Source of the DNA: an uncultured Acidobacteriota bacterium | GTDB lineage: Bacteria > Acidobacteriota > UBA6911 | Reading direction: 5' to 3' | DNA: 64,000 nt | NCBI GenBank assembly: GCA_963827655.1 | Contig: CAWHCF010000049.1 | Span: 224,001-288,000 of the forward strand | Part shown: positions 28,890 to 38,695 of the stretch, in pieces | Numbering within the stretch: the stretch's first letter is position 1 | Layout: each line of letters begins with the position of its first letter | Notes under the pieces: generated by a model | What the model was told of the DNA's origin: nothing | What the model saw: the letters and a program-made list of their open reading frames with translations, nothing else | Databases searched by the model: none | Made by a program: the position numbers and the translations under genes

Positions 28890-31169
28890 ATGCATAACCA
28901 AGTCTCCCATGCGCCCGCCCGGTCGCTTGAAAAGCTCGCCTTGCTGAATGAGATCGGGCGTCTTGTGATCTCATCCACGAACCTGGACCAAATGTTCGAG
29001 GACGCCGCGCGGCTCCTGCGAAAAAATCTAGGTGTGCAATACGTAATGATTGGGACCGTAGAGTATGAGAAGGGGCGAATCCTCACACGCGGCACGGATG
29101 GTATATCGCCCGATCTCGTGACGCGCTATCAGTCTCAGGGAATCGAGCAGGGTGTCATCGGCCAGGTAGCCGAGAGCGGGAAGACGGTTGTCATTGACGA
29201 CGTCTCAAAGTCCTCCCGCTATTTGGATGCAATTCCCGGCACGCGTTCTGAGATTTGTGTCCCCTTGAAAATATTTGGAAAAGTGGCGGGCTTCCTCAAT
29301 ATCGAGAATGACCGCCTGGGAGCCTTTGAGCCCGCCGATGTCGAAATCTTCGAAGCCGTGGCAAACTTTTTGGGCCAGGCTATGAAGAGAATTCAGGCCG
29401 AAGACGCGCTTCAGAACAGCCTGCAGGCTATGCAGTTGCTCAACGAGGTGAGCGTCGAGCTGGTTTCGATTCTCGACCTGGACAGGCTGCTGGACAAAAT
29501 AGCCCAGATAACGCGCCGGTTCATTGATTACGAGCTGTTCGCGATTCTCCTGGTGGATGAGGACGCGCAGGAATTGGTCTGGAAGACATCGGTCGGATAT
29601 AGCGAGGAATCTCGTCGCGAACTCGGGCGGCTCAGCCTTCATGAAGGGGTAATCGGACGAGTGATACGTACCCGCGCCCCAATCCTGGTCCCCGACGTGA
29701 CAGCGGATTCGGACTACAAGCCGGCCCGCACCCTCAGCGGGGTTGAACCTCAGTCGGAGCTGGCGATCCCCCTGATGGCCAAGAATCGGATCGTGGGGGT
29801 GCTGGTGCTGGAGAGCACGCGCAAGGGCTATTTCGGTCCGCAACACCTGCGGCTTATGACGCCGCTTGCCGCACAGATCGCTGTGGCAATTGAGAATGCC
29901 AGCCTTTACGAGGGGAAGACCCGGGATGCGCTCACTGCCCAGGTGATGAATGAGATCGGCAAGGAGATGACGGCCATTCCGGAACTGGATGAGCTTCTGA
30001 ACAGGATTGCCGCGTTGATTCGTCGCATCATCAATTACGAGGTTCTCGGGATCTTTGTCTACCGGCCTGAAACTGAGATCATGGAACTGAAGGTTGCGAT
30101 CGGCTATGCCGAGGAAACACTTCAGCAGTGCCGCGCCTTGCCGATGGATAAGGGGCTTCTGGGGCACGCGGGCCGGGAACGAAGGACCATCCTGTCTACC
30201 GATTTGGCCAACGACGGGAGGGTAATTCGAGCCAAAACCCTGGATGGACAATGGACGCAATCAGAAGTTGCGGTGCCGATTATTTCCCGGGACCGCCTGC
30301 TGGGCGGAATTGTAGTGGAAAGCTCCAATCCGCGGTTTTTCAAAACCGAGCAGGTGCAGATGCTGGAAACGCTGGCGAGCCAAATGGCGGTCACGATCGA
30401 CAATGCGCAGCTCTTCCAGCAATTGCTGGCGAAGGAGCAGAAGCTGGAAGCTGACTTTGGCCTGGCGCGCGACCTGCAGTCCAGCATGCTCCCGCTCTCG
30501 ATGCCGGAGATGGGGGGTTTTGATTTCGCCGCCATTTACAAGCCCGCGGAAAGTCTGGGTGGCGATTACTATGATTTTCTCTGGCTGGACAGCGAACATC
30601 TTGGACTGGCAATCGGCGACGTTTCCGGAAAGGGCGTCGCCGCCGCCATGACGATGGCGGCGACTCGCAGCGCGCTGCGTTTCGCCGCCCGGGTAAATTC
30701 CTCTCCCTCGCAAGTCCTGTATCACGTGAACCGGCGCCTGTACCGGGACGTCAAGAATCGGACCTACGTCAGTCTTTTTTACGGGATTCTGGACATCAAG
30801 ACGCGCTGGTTCCGGTGGTCCAACGGCGGACATTTTCCGCCGGTCTTGATTCACGCGGACGGCCGCAGAGAGGATCTGTCAAGAGGAGGCACAGTTCTTG
30901 CACTCTTCGACAAGTCGCGCTATGCAGCGGCACAGACGCTGCTTCGCTCGGGTGACGTTCTCTGTTTTTATACCGACGGAGTCATTGAGACATGGAACCA
31001 ATCCGAGGAGGAATTCGGCCGGCAACGTTTGGAGGAAGTGCTCTCATCGAAGGCGAACCAGCCGGCCAAAGAGATACTGAAAGCGCTGACCAGCGAAATG
31101 AAGAGGTTCGCGCGCGACGCCGCGCAACACGACGACATCACCGCATTTATTCTGAAAGTGCCCAGGTAG
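28890..31169 (+). CDS. Three GAF domains + SpoIIE/PP2C phosphatase (RsbU-like)
   Basis: Three SE(I/L/V).VP GAF repeats, GGDYYD, GDVSGKG, YTDG, DDIT. Confidence 0.92.
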   Translation: MHNQVSHAPARSLEKLALLNEIGRLVISSTNLDQMFEDAARLLRKNLGVQYVMIGTVEYEKGRILTRGTDGISPDLVTRYQSQGIEQGVIGQVAESGKTVVIDDVSKSSRYLDAIPGTRSEICVPLKIFGKVAGFLNIENDRLGAFEPADVEIFEAVANFLGQAMKRIQAEDALQNSLQAMQLLNEVSVELVSILDLDRLLDKIAQITRRFIDYELFAILLVDEDAQELVWKTSVGYSEESRRELGRLSLHEGVIGRVIRTRAPILVPDVTADSDYKPARTLSGVEPQSELAIPLMAKNRIVGVLVLESTRKGYFGPQHLRLMTPLAAQIAVAIENASLYEGKTRDALTAQVMNEIGKEMTAIPELDELLNRIAALIRRIINYEVLGIFVYRPETEIMELKVAIGYAEETLQQCRALPMDKGLLGHAGRERRTILSTDLANDGRVIRAKTLDGQWTQSEVAVPIISRDRLLGGIVVESSNPRFFKTEQVQMLETLASQMAVTIDNAQLFQQLLAKEQKLEADFGLARDLQSSMLPLSMPEMGGFDFAAIYKPAESLGGDYYDFLWLDSEHLGLAIGDVSGKGVAAAMTMAATRSALRFAARVNSSPSQVLYHVNRRLYRDVKNRTYVSLFYGILDIKTRWFRWSNGGHFPPVLIHADGRREDLSRGGTVLALFDKSRYAAAQTLLRSGDVLCFYTDGVIETWNQSEEEFGRQRLEEVLSSKANQPAKEILKALTSEMKRFARDAAQHDDITAFILKVPR

Positions 31170-31170
31170 C

Positions 31171-31735
31171 GTGATGCATCGGAGCATCGTGCTCGGATTG
31201 GCGTTTTTGCTGATGGCGGCGGCGTTAGTCGGCTGGATTCACTATCGCAGCGCGGCTTACGATCACTGGATCGCCCAATCCGCTGCCGAGAACGGAATCG
31301 ATTTTTATCTGGTTAAGGCGCTTATTTACGAGGAGAGCTGGTTTCGGCCGGGCATTCGAGGGGCCGCCGGCGAGCTCGGGCTGATGCAGGTCTCCATGGG
31401 GGCGGCTCGCGATTTCAGCGAAAAGAAGAAATTGCCGCCCTTTCAGGAAGCCCAGGTCCTGGAGCCCAGGCAGAACATTGTGATCGGGTCCTGGTATTTG
31501 GGACGCTCTCTGGAGCGCTACAAGGATTCCCCGGCGCCCGCCGTCTTTGCGCTGCTCCGCTACAATGCGGGAGAAACGCGGGCAAACGGCTGGTTGCAGG
31601 CCGCGGGGCAGAAACCGGTACCCACCTGGCATCCAGGCGGAGGAGTTTTACCTCTCGTTTGTGGACCTGCCCAGAACGCGCAACTACGTCCGCCGAATTC
31701 TGCACCGCGCGAGAAGCCGCAATTTTTGGTTTTGA
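31171..31735 (+). CDS. Lytic transglycosylase (SLT), frameshift ~31625
   Basis: N-terminal TM, LIYEES, GLMQ, NI..GSWYL, YNAG. TRNYVRRI lies in a shifted frame. Confidence 0.88.
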
Positions 31736-31755
31736 CGACCGGGATACCAGCAGTT

Positions 31756-32484
31756 TCAGGGTTTGTCGGCGGGCCGGCGGTCGCTGCTCTCTATTTCTCC
31801 GGTGATCTGGTCTGCAGCCCGCTGTGGGTCCGGGGCATGCAGTATTGGGCGTCCGACCACGAGAAAGTCCGCGCCCGCGCGAATGGCATCGGCCGGGCCG
31901 GCGATGCGTCGTTGATCGTCTGAACTTGCGCCTGAAGGACGGATTCCGGGAACGACCAGTTTCATTTGTCCTCGGAATTTTTGACGGAGATGCGTCAATT
32001 CCCAGGGGGATGCTACCAATCCGGTCAATCGGGACTGATAGGCGAGATCAGCCAGCCTCTCAACCCAGGTCTCGATCGCCTCGTGAACGCCTATGCGCCG
32101 TGTGTCGTCGTTCGAAAGGCTCGTAAGGGCTGTGACTCCGAGCAGGAGCGGAGGAGTCGTCCATGATTCGGCCGCCGCGCGGGCGGCCTCGAGCATGGCC
32201 ACCCCTCCCGCAGCATGAACCGTGAGCATCTGGACATCGAGCCGGGCTGCCGCTCGAACTGCCGCGGCGACCGTGTTGGGTATGTCGTGAAGCTTGAGAT
32301 CGAGAAAAACGCCCTCGCCGCGTTGGCGAATCTCGCGTACCAGGTCAGGTCCCTCGCTGATAAAAAGTTCTAAACCGATTTTAAAATACCCCACCCGGCC
32401 GGCGAGCTTGTCCACGGCGCTCAAAGCGGCGCTGCGGTCGGGGACGTCCAGAGCGACGATCAGCCGGGATCGCCCATTCGTCAT
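31756..32484 (-). CDS. pyrF: Orotidine-5'-phosphate decarboxylase
   Basis: LIVALD, FLDLKLHDIPNTV, PGIRP, VVGRPI. Confidence 0.96.
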   Translation of the reverse strand: MTNGRSRLIVALDVPDRSAALSAVDKLAGRVGYFKIGLELFISEGPDLVREIRQRGEGVFLDLKLHDIPNTVAAAVRAAARLDVQMLTVHAAGGVAMLEAARAAAESWTTPPLLLGVTALTSLSNDDTRRIGVHEAIETWVERLADLAYQSRLTGLVASPWELTHLRQKFRGQMKLVVPGIRPSGASSDDQRRIAGPADAIRAGADFLVVGRPILHAPDPQRAADQITGEIESSDRRPADKP

Positions 32485-33416
32485 ACTCGCAAGCTCCCCA
32501 CCAGCTGGTTTATGTCAGGGATTTCGTGAGAGCGGCAATACCGCTCCAGTCCGCCGGCGATCTGCTGCGACGCGGAGGGATTGTAAAAGTTTGCTGTGCC
32601 GACCTGGATCGCGCGCGCCCCCGCCAGGAGAAACTCGAGAGCGTCATCAGTGTTGGCAATTCCCCCGATGCCGATCACCGGTATCTTGACAACCTGGCAG
32701 GTTTCCCAAACCATTCGCAGGGCCACCGGCTTGATCGCAGGACCGGAAAGCCCGCCCGTGACATATTTCAAGCGGGGGCGGCGCCTGACAGTGTCGATCG
32801 CCATCCCGACGAAGGTGTTCACCACCGAGAGAGCGTCCGCGCCGGCATCTTCGCAAGCGCGGGCAAAGTCTCTTATATCGGTCACGTTGGGCGAGAGCTT
32901 GACCCAGAGCGGTATTTGCGGAGACGCCTTCTTGGTTTTGGCGGTAACCTCGAAAGTGTCTTTCGGCTTCTGGTTGAAATGAAAGCCTCCGTGCTTGACG
33001 TTGGGACAGGAGATATTGAGTTCCAGGGCTGCAATTCCTGGGCAATCATTAAGAAAACGAGTGACCTCGAGATAGTCCCTCAGAGTGAACCCGACCACGT
33101 TGACCACGACCCTGGTCTGGAATTTCCGGAGCGCGGGAAGTTTCTTGGTGGTGAACTCAACAGCGCCGATGTTTTGCCAGCCGATTGCGTTCAACATGCC
33201 CGAGGGGGTTTCGTAGATCCGGGGAGGAGGATTTCCTTTGATGGGCCGCATCGAGATGCCCTTGACCACAATTCCGCCGATCGAGTTGAGATCCATCAGG
33301 TGCGCAAACTCGATGCCATAGGCGAAGGTGCCACTGGCGGTCAGGACCGGGTTCTTAAACTCCACTCCCGCGATTGTGACTGACATTCGTGGTGCTCGAG
33401 CCGATTTACGAGCCAT
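32481..33416 (-). CDS. pyrD: Dihydroorotate dehydrogenase type 1B catalytic subunit
   Basis: TASGT, ELNISCPNV, KLSPNV, GGLSGPAIKP. Confidence 0.95.
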   Translation of the reverse strand: MARKSARAPRMSVTIAGVEFKNPVLTASGTFAYGIEFAHLMDLNSIGGIVVKGISMRPIKGNPPPRIYETPSGMLNAIGWQNIGAVEFTTKKLPALRKFQTRVVVNVVGFTLRDYLEVTRFLNDCPGIAALELNISCPNVKHGGFHFNQKPKDTFEVTAKTKKASPQIPLWVKLSPNVTDIRDFARACEDAGADALSVVNTFVGMAIDTVRRRPRLKYVTGGLSGPAIKPVALRMVWETCQVVKIPVIGIGGIANTDDALEFLLAGARAIQVGTANFYNPSASQQIAGGLERYCRSHEIPDINQLVGSLRV

Positions 33417-33473
33417 GGTTCATCCGGTTCTCAGAGTTTCCAGCTTAGCGCGAAGGCGCAAGGATTCGCATGG

Positions 33474-34313
33474 TCAGAGGGGTGGAGTGTTCCAGTCCAC
33501 GGTACGGCTATTCATGACCGGACCCTCGAGGCACACGCGCAGATACTGCTCCTCGTTGTTCTGATCCCAGGCGCGGATGACGCACCCCATGCAGGCGCCC
33601 AGGGAGCACCCCATGCGAGCCTCAAGACTGACTTCGCAATCCACACCCTGGCGTATGGCAAGTTCGTGCGTGGCTTTCATCATCCCCCAGGGACCGCATG
33701 AAAAAAGGCGGAGATTGGCGCGGGGATGCTGTTTCAGGAAGCGACTGAGCGGAAGCGTCACTAATCCTTTTTCTCCGATCGATCCGTTTTCACTGGTGTA
33801 ATGGGTTTCAATTCCGAGTTGCTCGAAGTAGTCTCGCAGAACCAGGTCGGCGGCGGTCTTTCCGCCATAGAACAATACCGGAGTGATTTGCTTTGATATC
33901 AGCGCGCGCGCAAGAAGATAAAGCGCGGCGATCCCTACCCCGCCGGCGACCAGGCAAGCAAAGTCCAGCCGGCCTCGCCAATCGTCCGGGAGCCGGAAGG
34001 GTTGGCCCTGAGGTCCCAGTGAGTGAATTTGGTCGCCCCTCTGCAATTCCACGAGCCGGCGCGTGCCGATTCCGACATCCTTGACCAGGATGTCCAATCC
34101 CGTGATCCGGCCGGAACGCGGAGTGCGTTTGATGTCGAAAACACTGAAAGGACGTCGCAGAAGCGGATTCTCTTGCACATCGTCCGAGCACTTTATCATG
34201 ACAAAATGCCCGGGTTGAGTCCTTCGAGCCTGCTCCGGCGAGTCCAGAGTCAAGAGGTAGTTGTGGCCGCCGAGAGGCCTTATGTCGCGGACCCTTACTT
34301 TCTTATCAAGCAT
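33474..34313 (-). CDS. pyrK: Dihydroorotate dehydrogenase electron transfer subunit
   Basis: LLRRPFS, GGVGIA, CGP, MGCSLGACMGC...VCLEGP. Confidence 0.93.
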   Translation of the reverse strand: MLDKKVRVRDIRPLGGHNYLLTLDSPEQARRTQPGHFVMIKCSDDVQENPLLRRPFSVFDIKRTPRSGRITGLDILVKDVGIGTRRLVELQRGDQIHSLGPQGQPFRLPDDWRGRLDFACLVAGGVGIAALYLLARALISKQITPVLFYGGKTAADLVLRDYFEQLGIETHYTSENGSIGEKGLVTLPLSRFLKQHPRANLRLFSCGPWGMMKATHELAIRQGVDCEVSLEARMGCSLGACMGCVIRAWDQNNEEQYLRVCLEGPVMNSRTVDWNTPPL

Positions 34314-34414
34314 CGGGTCTCAGTATAGGAGCCAAATCGTGGTTTGCAATGCATTTCCCCTGTGGTATGATCGCCGCGCTTTTGACGGTCCAGCCAGTTA
34401 CGAATCCAATACCC

Positions 34415-34961
34415 ATGAGCAAGAAAACTGAGAGCAAGCCTCTGATGGACGCGCGCGAAATGGATCTGGCGCTGTCCCGTATTGCGGCGGAGATTGTTGA
34501 GAAAATCAGCCACAAGAATGAGTTTGCCATCATTGGGATTCGTCGACGAGGGGTTCATCTTGCGCAGCGGCTTTGCACCAAGGTGGAAACGGTTGTCAAA
34601 CGTCCGGTCTTGAACGGCATACTGGACATCACACTTTATCGTGACGATCTCACCACCATTGGCACCCGACCGCTTCTGCGGGAGACCTCGATCGAATTCG
34701 ACATCAACAATCTTAGCCTGGTGCTGGTGGATGATGTGCTTTACACCGGGCGTACCGTGAGGGCGGCGCTGGACGGCCTGGTGGATCTGGCGGCCGAGGC
34801 GGGTGCAGCTTGCAGTGCTGATCGATCGGGGGCATCGAGAGCTTCCCATTCAAGCCGACTATGTCGGGAAGTACGTGCAGACCACCGAGGACGAAATCGT
34901 AGAAGTCCGGATGAAAGAGGAAGATGGTGAAGAAAACGTGGTGGTTGTCAGGAAGTCATAG
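34415..34961 (+). CDS. pyrR: Pyrimidine regulatory protein / UPRTase PyrR (frameshift ~34790)
   Basis: [39 protein letters not shown] lies in a shifted frame. Confidence 0.93.
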
Positions 34962-35245
34962 GATTGACGATTTACGATTGACGATTGACGATTTCAGGTT
35001 GGCGATTAGTACTACTGGTCGAAGGTAAAGAAGGCTGGACCGATGAGACGATGGAGTTCAATCGTCATTTGGATTGACGATTTACGACGATTGACGATTT
35101 CAGGTTGGCGGCTGACCGTGGGCGATAAAGTTCAAACGTCACCAAAACTGGGCGTAGTACGGCTGATGTACGATTCCACATTGTCGATGGCCTGTGCGCG
35201 TTGGGGATTCAATCGTCAATCGTCAATCGTCAATCGTCAATCGTA
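34962..35245. repeat. Two tandem inverted-heptamer units between pyrR and pyrB
   Basis: Each unit starts GATTGACGATTTACG..ATTGACGATTTCAGGTTGGCG, then a unique loop, then (TCAATCG)n. The last array abuts the pyrB ATG. Confidence 0.85.
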
Positions 35246-36196
35246 ATGTCGTCCCTGCGTCATAAAGATTTACTAGGCGTGGCTCAACTCTCCGTCGAGG
35301 AGATACAACTGATCCTCGACACCGCCGTGGCATTGAAGCAGGTGGCGGATCGGGCGGTCAAGAAAGTTCCTACCCTCCGCGGCAAAACCGTCATCAATCT
35401 TTTCTTCGAGCCTTCCACTCGCACCCGGTCTTCGTTCGAGCTGGCGGAGAAACGGCTCAGCGCCGACATACTCAATTTCGCGGCTTCTACCAGCAGTGTA
35501 TCCAAAGGGGAAACTCTCCTCGATACGGCGCGCAATCTGGAATCAATGGCGCCCGACATCATAGTGATCCGGCACTCTTCGGCTGGTGCGCCGCATCTTC
35601 TGGGGCGCGAATGTCGTTCGTCAATCGTGAACGCCGGCGATGGCATGCACGAGCACCCCACCCAGGCGCTGCTGGATGCCCTCACTGTGCGTGAGATGAA
35701 AGGCCGGATCGAGGGGTTAAAAATTGCCATTATCGGCGACATCGCCCACAGCCGCGTGGCCCGCTCCGATACGACTCTGTTTCACAAGATGGGGGCCGAA
35801 GTCTGGGCGTGCGGCCCGGCTACTCTTATTCCCTGGGATTTTGAAAAATTGGGCGCGAGAGTCACGGGACACATCGATCAAGCGCTTGAAGCGGCGGACG
35901 TCGTGATGATGTTGCGCGTGCAGCACGAGCGTCAAACCGAAGCATTTGTACCCACCACGAGAGAATATTTCAATTTCTACGGCTTAACCCGGGAGCGGAT
36001 GCGCCTGGCCAAGAAAGATGCGATTGTCATGCACCCAGGACCAATGAACCGGGGAGTCGAAATTGATTCCGAAGTGGCGGATGGCCCGTACTCTGTCATC
36101 CTGAACCAGGTGGCCAATGGCGTGGCGATTCGGATGGCAGTCCTTTACCTGGTGACGGGTCATTCGGGATTAAGGCCGAGGAAAGAGGCGCGATAA
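35246..36196 (+). CDS. pyrB: Aspartate carbamoyltransferase catalytic subunit
   Basis: [34 protein letters not shown]. Confidence 0.97.
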   Translation: MSSLRHKDLLGVAQLSVEEIQLILDTAVALKQVADRAVKKVPTLRGKTVINLFFEPSTRTRSSFELAEKRLSADILNFAASTSSVSKGETLLDTARNLESMAPDIIVIRHSSAGAPHLLGRECRSSIVNAGDGMHEHPTQALLDALTVREMKGRIEGLKIAIIGDIAHSRVARSDTTLFHKMGAEVWACGPATLIPWDFEKLGARVTGHIDQALEAADVVMMLRVQHERQTEAFVPTTREYFNFYGLTRERMRLAKKDAIVMHPGPMNRGVEIDSEVADGPYSVILNQVANGVAIRMAVLYLVTGHSGLRPRKEAR

Positions 36197-37483
36197 ATGC
36201 CCATGCAACTGATACTCCGTCAGGGCCGGGTGGTAGACCCCTCACAGCGTCTGGACAAGGTCGCCGATCTCGGAATCGAAGATGGACGGGTTGCGGAGAT
36301 CGCGCCCCGACTGCGCCGGAAGGGCCGGAAGGAAGTGGATGCTCGCGGGCTCATCATTGCGCCTGGATTCATCGATATGCATGCTCATCTGCGCGAACCC
36401 GGACGCGAAGATGCCGAAACCATTGAGAGCGGCACCAACGCTGCGGCGCAAGGCGGCTTCACCGGCGTGGCTTGTATGCCTAACACTCAGCCCGTGAACG
36501 ATTCAGAGGCCGTTACGTCTTTCATTCTCGAAAGAGCTCGGGAGGTTTCCAAAATAGCTGTCTATCCCATCGGGGCCATTACGAAAGGAAGCCAGGGAGA
36601 AACCCTAGCTGAGATCGGCGAGATGCGTCGGGCCGGGATCGTCGCCGTCAGCGACGACGGCCATCCCGTGCAGAACAGTCAGATCATGCGCCGGGCGATG
36701 GAATACTCGACCATTTTCGACCTGCCGGTCATAGATCATTGCGACGACAGGGATCTTGCCGCGGGCGGCTGTATGAACGAAGGATATTATTCGACCGTCC
36801 TTGGACTGCGCGGCATCAATCCGGCCGCGGAAGAGATTCACGTTGCGCGGGACGCGATCCTTGCCCGACAAACGGGAGCCCGAGTCCATATTGCCCATCT
36901 GTCCACGCGACAGTCCCTCGAGATCGTCAGGCGCGCCAAGAAAGAGAAGATTTCCTTGACCTGCGAAGTGACACCCCATCATTTGCTGCTTACCGATGCA
37001 GAGGTGGTTTCTTACAACACCAACATGAAAATGAACCCGCCCCTTCGGACTGCCGAGGACGTCAAGGCTCTGGTTGACGGCCTCGCATCGGGAGCAATCG
37101 ATGTGATCGCCACCGATCATGCTCCGCATAATGTCAACGACAAGATGCTCGAATTTGACCGCGCACCCTTCGGCGTGGTGGGGTTCGAGACGGCCATCAG
37201 TCTCATGATGGATCGATTCGTCAGAGCCGGAAAACTCAGCCTGCGGCGTTTGGTTCTGGCCTTTTCGACCAATCCCGCCCGTATATTGAGGCTGGAGCGA
37301 GGAACACTGGCACCCGGTTCGTGCGCCGATGTTACCGTGATCGATCCCGAGTTCCACTACCAGGTAAAAGGGGCCGACTTTGCCTCTCGCAGCCGCAACA
37401 CCCCTTTCGAAGGTTGGACATTGACGGGAGGACCGGTGATGACGATTGTTAAAGGAAGAATCGTCTCGACGCGGCAGACATGA
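36197..37483 (+). CDS. pyrC: Dihydroorotase
   Basis: DMHAHLREPG, MPNT, EVTPHH, KMNPPLR, TDHAPH. Confidence 0.96.
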   Translation: MPMQLILRQGRVVDPSQRLDKVADLGIEDGRVAEIAPRLRRKGRKEVDARGLIIAPGFIDMHAHLREPGREDAETIESGTNAAAQGGFTGVACMPNTQPVNDSEAVTSFILERAREVSKIAVYPIGAITKGSQGETLAEIGEMRRAGIVAVSDDGHPVQNSQIMRRAMEYSTIFDLPVIDHCDDRDLAAGGCMNEGYYSTVLGLRGINPAAEEIHVARDAILARQTGARVHIAHLSTRQSLEIVRRAKKEKISLTCEVTPHHLLLTDAEVVSYNTNMKMNPPLRTAEDVKALVDGLASGAIDVIATDHAPHNVNDKMLEFDRAPFGVVGFETAISLMMDRFVRAGKLSLRRLVLAFSTNPARILRLERGTLAPGSCADVTVIDPEFHYQVKGADFASRSRNTPFEGWTLTGGPVMTIVKGRIVSTRQT

Positions 37484-37535
37484 GCCCGGTGTTCCTTCGT
37501 GTCTTTGCGTCTTTGAGGTTAGTTCTTCTTTTGGC

Positions 37536-37865
37536 TCAGTTTTTTCCGGACTTTGGGGAACCGGATGGGGCGGGAAGTTGTTGAATGATCTCGCCTCTTT
37601 TGCCGTATCCTTTTTGCCGCGCGTATCTTTCGAGAGTCTCCCGATCGTCCCGAAGATTGCGAATCTCATCCAAGCGGGCCTTGTTGCTCAGTTCCAGAGC
37701 TTTAACACGGGCTCGACGGGTTTCCAGGTCCGCCCGGTTTTTTTTCATTTCGAGATACCCTCCAGGCCCCCAGATCGTGGCCGCGCTGGCGACCAGAATA
37801 GTGAGAATCAGGATGATGTAGTAGATTTCGTTCCCGTAAGTATGGTGCCGCTTGGAATGAAGCAT
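37536..37865 (-). CDS. Septum formation initiator (FtsB/DivIC family)
   Basis: TM, GPGGY, coiled coil, LERYARQKGY...GE. Confidence 0.8.
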   Translation of the reverse strand: MLHSKRHHTYGNEIYYIILILTILVASAATIWGPGGYLEMKKNRADLETRRARVKALELSNKARLDEIRNLRDDRETLERYARQKGYGKRGEIIQQLPAPSGSPKSGKN

Positions 37866-37997
37866 ATAAAGCCCAAGTCTTTGAGCGCGTTGATTTTGAC
37901 GACCGGCCTTGATTATACTGGCGAAGATTTGACCGAATCAATCGATTTCTCGTTTCAAACCCTTTACGTCGACTCACCTCTTCGGAGTTAACCAGCC

Positions 37998-38318
37998 ATG
38001 AGTGAAATCCTGGTTTTGACCACGGCAGATTCCCTCGACCTCGCTCTGAGAATTGCCTCGGCTCTCGTGGAGCAGAAGGAAGCCGCCTGTGTCAACATCG
38101 TGCCAGGGATTCGTTCCATCTACCGCTGGGAAGGAAAGGTCTGCGATGACGCCGAACTGCTGTTGCTCATAAAATCCTCCGCGGATCGATTCGAAGCCGT
38201 CCGATCACGAATCCGGCAACTCCACACCTACGAGGTTCCCGAAGTTATCTCCCTTCCTATTGTGGCCGGAGACCAGTCTTACCTCCGCTGGCTCAACGAA
38301 CAAGTCAAGGCGGATTGA
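37998..38318 (+). CDS. cutA: Divalent-cation tolerance protein CutA
   Basis: AACVNI.PGIRSIYRWEG, HTYEVPE. Confidence 0.95.
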   Translation: MSEILVLTTADSLDLALRIASALVEQKEAACVNIVPGIRSIYRWEGKVCDDAELLLLIKSSADRFEAVRSRIRQLHTYEVPEVISLPIVAGDQSYLRWLNEQVKAD

Positions 38319-38695
38319 CGATTGACGATTGACGATTGACGATTGTCCCGCCTTCACAAGTCAAGGTTGAAATCGTCAATCGTTAGGATTTTCTGAAATA
38401 TTGTCGACTCCGCAAACTTCAGTCATTACACCGGCGAAGCTATGGCCAGGATCACTCAGGCTCGGAGAAATCGACTCTGCTTGTGGCCGGAGACCAGTCT
38501 TACCTCGCTGGCTCAATGAACAGTCAAGGCGATTGACGATTGTCGAATTTACGATTGAAAAGGGCATGGGCCTTCTAGCTGCTCAAACATAGTCGACGGA
38601 CTTGAAATCGTCAATCGTAAATCGTCAATCGGTCACACCGGCGAAGCTATGGCCAGGATCACTCAGGCTCATCATCGGAGAAATCGAACTCTGCT
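38261..38695. repeat. Diverged tandem duplication of the cutA/nuclease junction with heptamer arrays
   Basis: The cutA 3' end (TGTGGCCGGAGACCAGTCTTACC) occurs at 38261 and ~38482. The next gene's 5' end (ACACCGGCGAAGCTATGGCCAGGATCACTCAGGCTC) occurs at ~38428 and ~38635. Confidence 0.8.

Noticed and set aside
34962-35245. CRISPR array
   Set aside because: Only two units, repeats are heptamer microsatellites, loop lengths are very unequal, and there are no cas genes.
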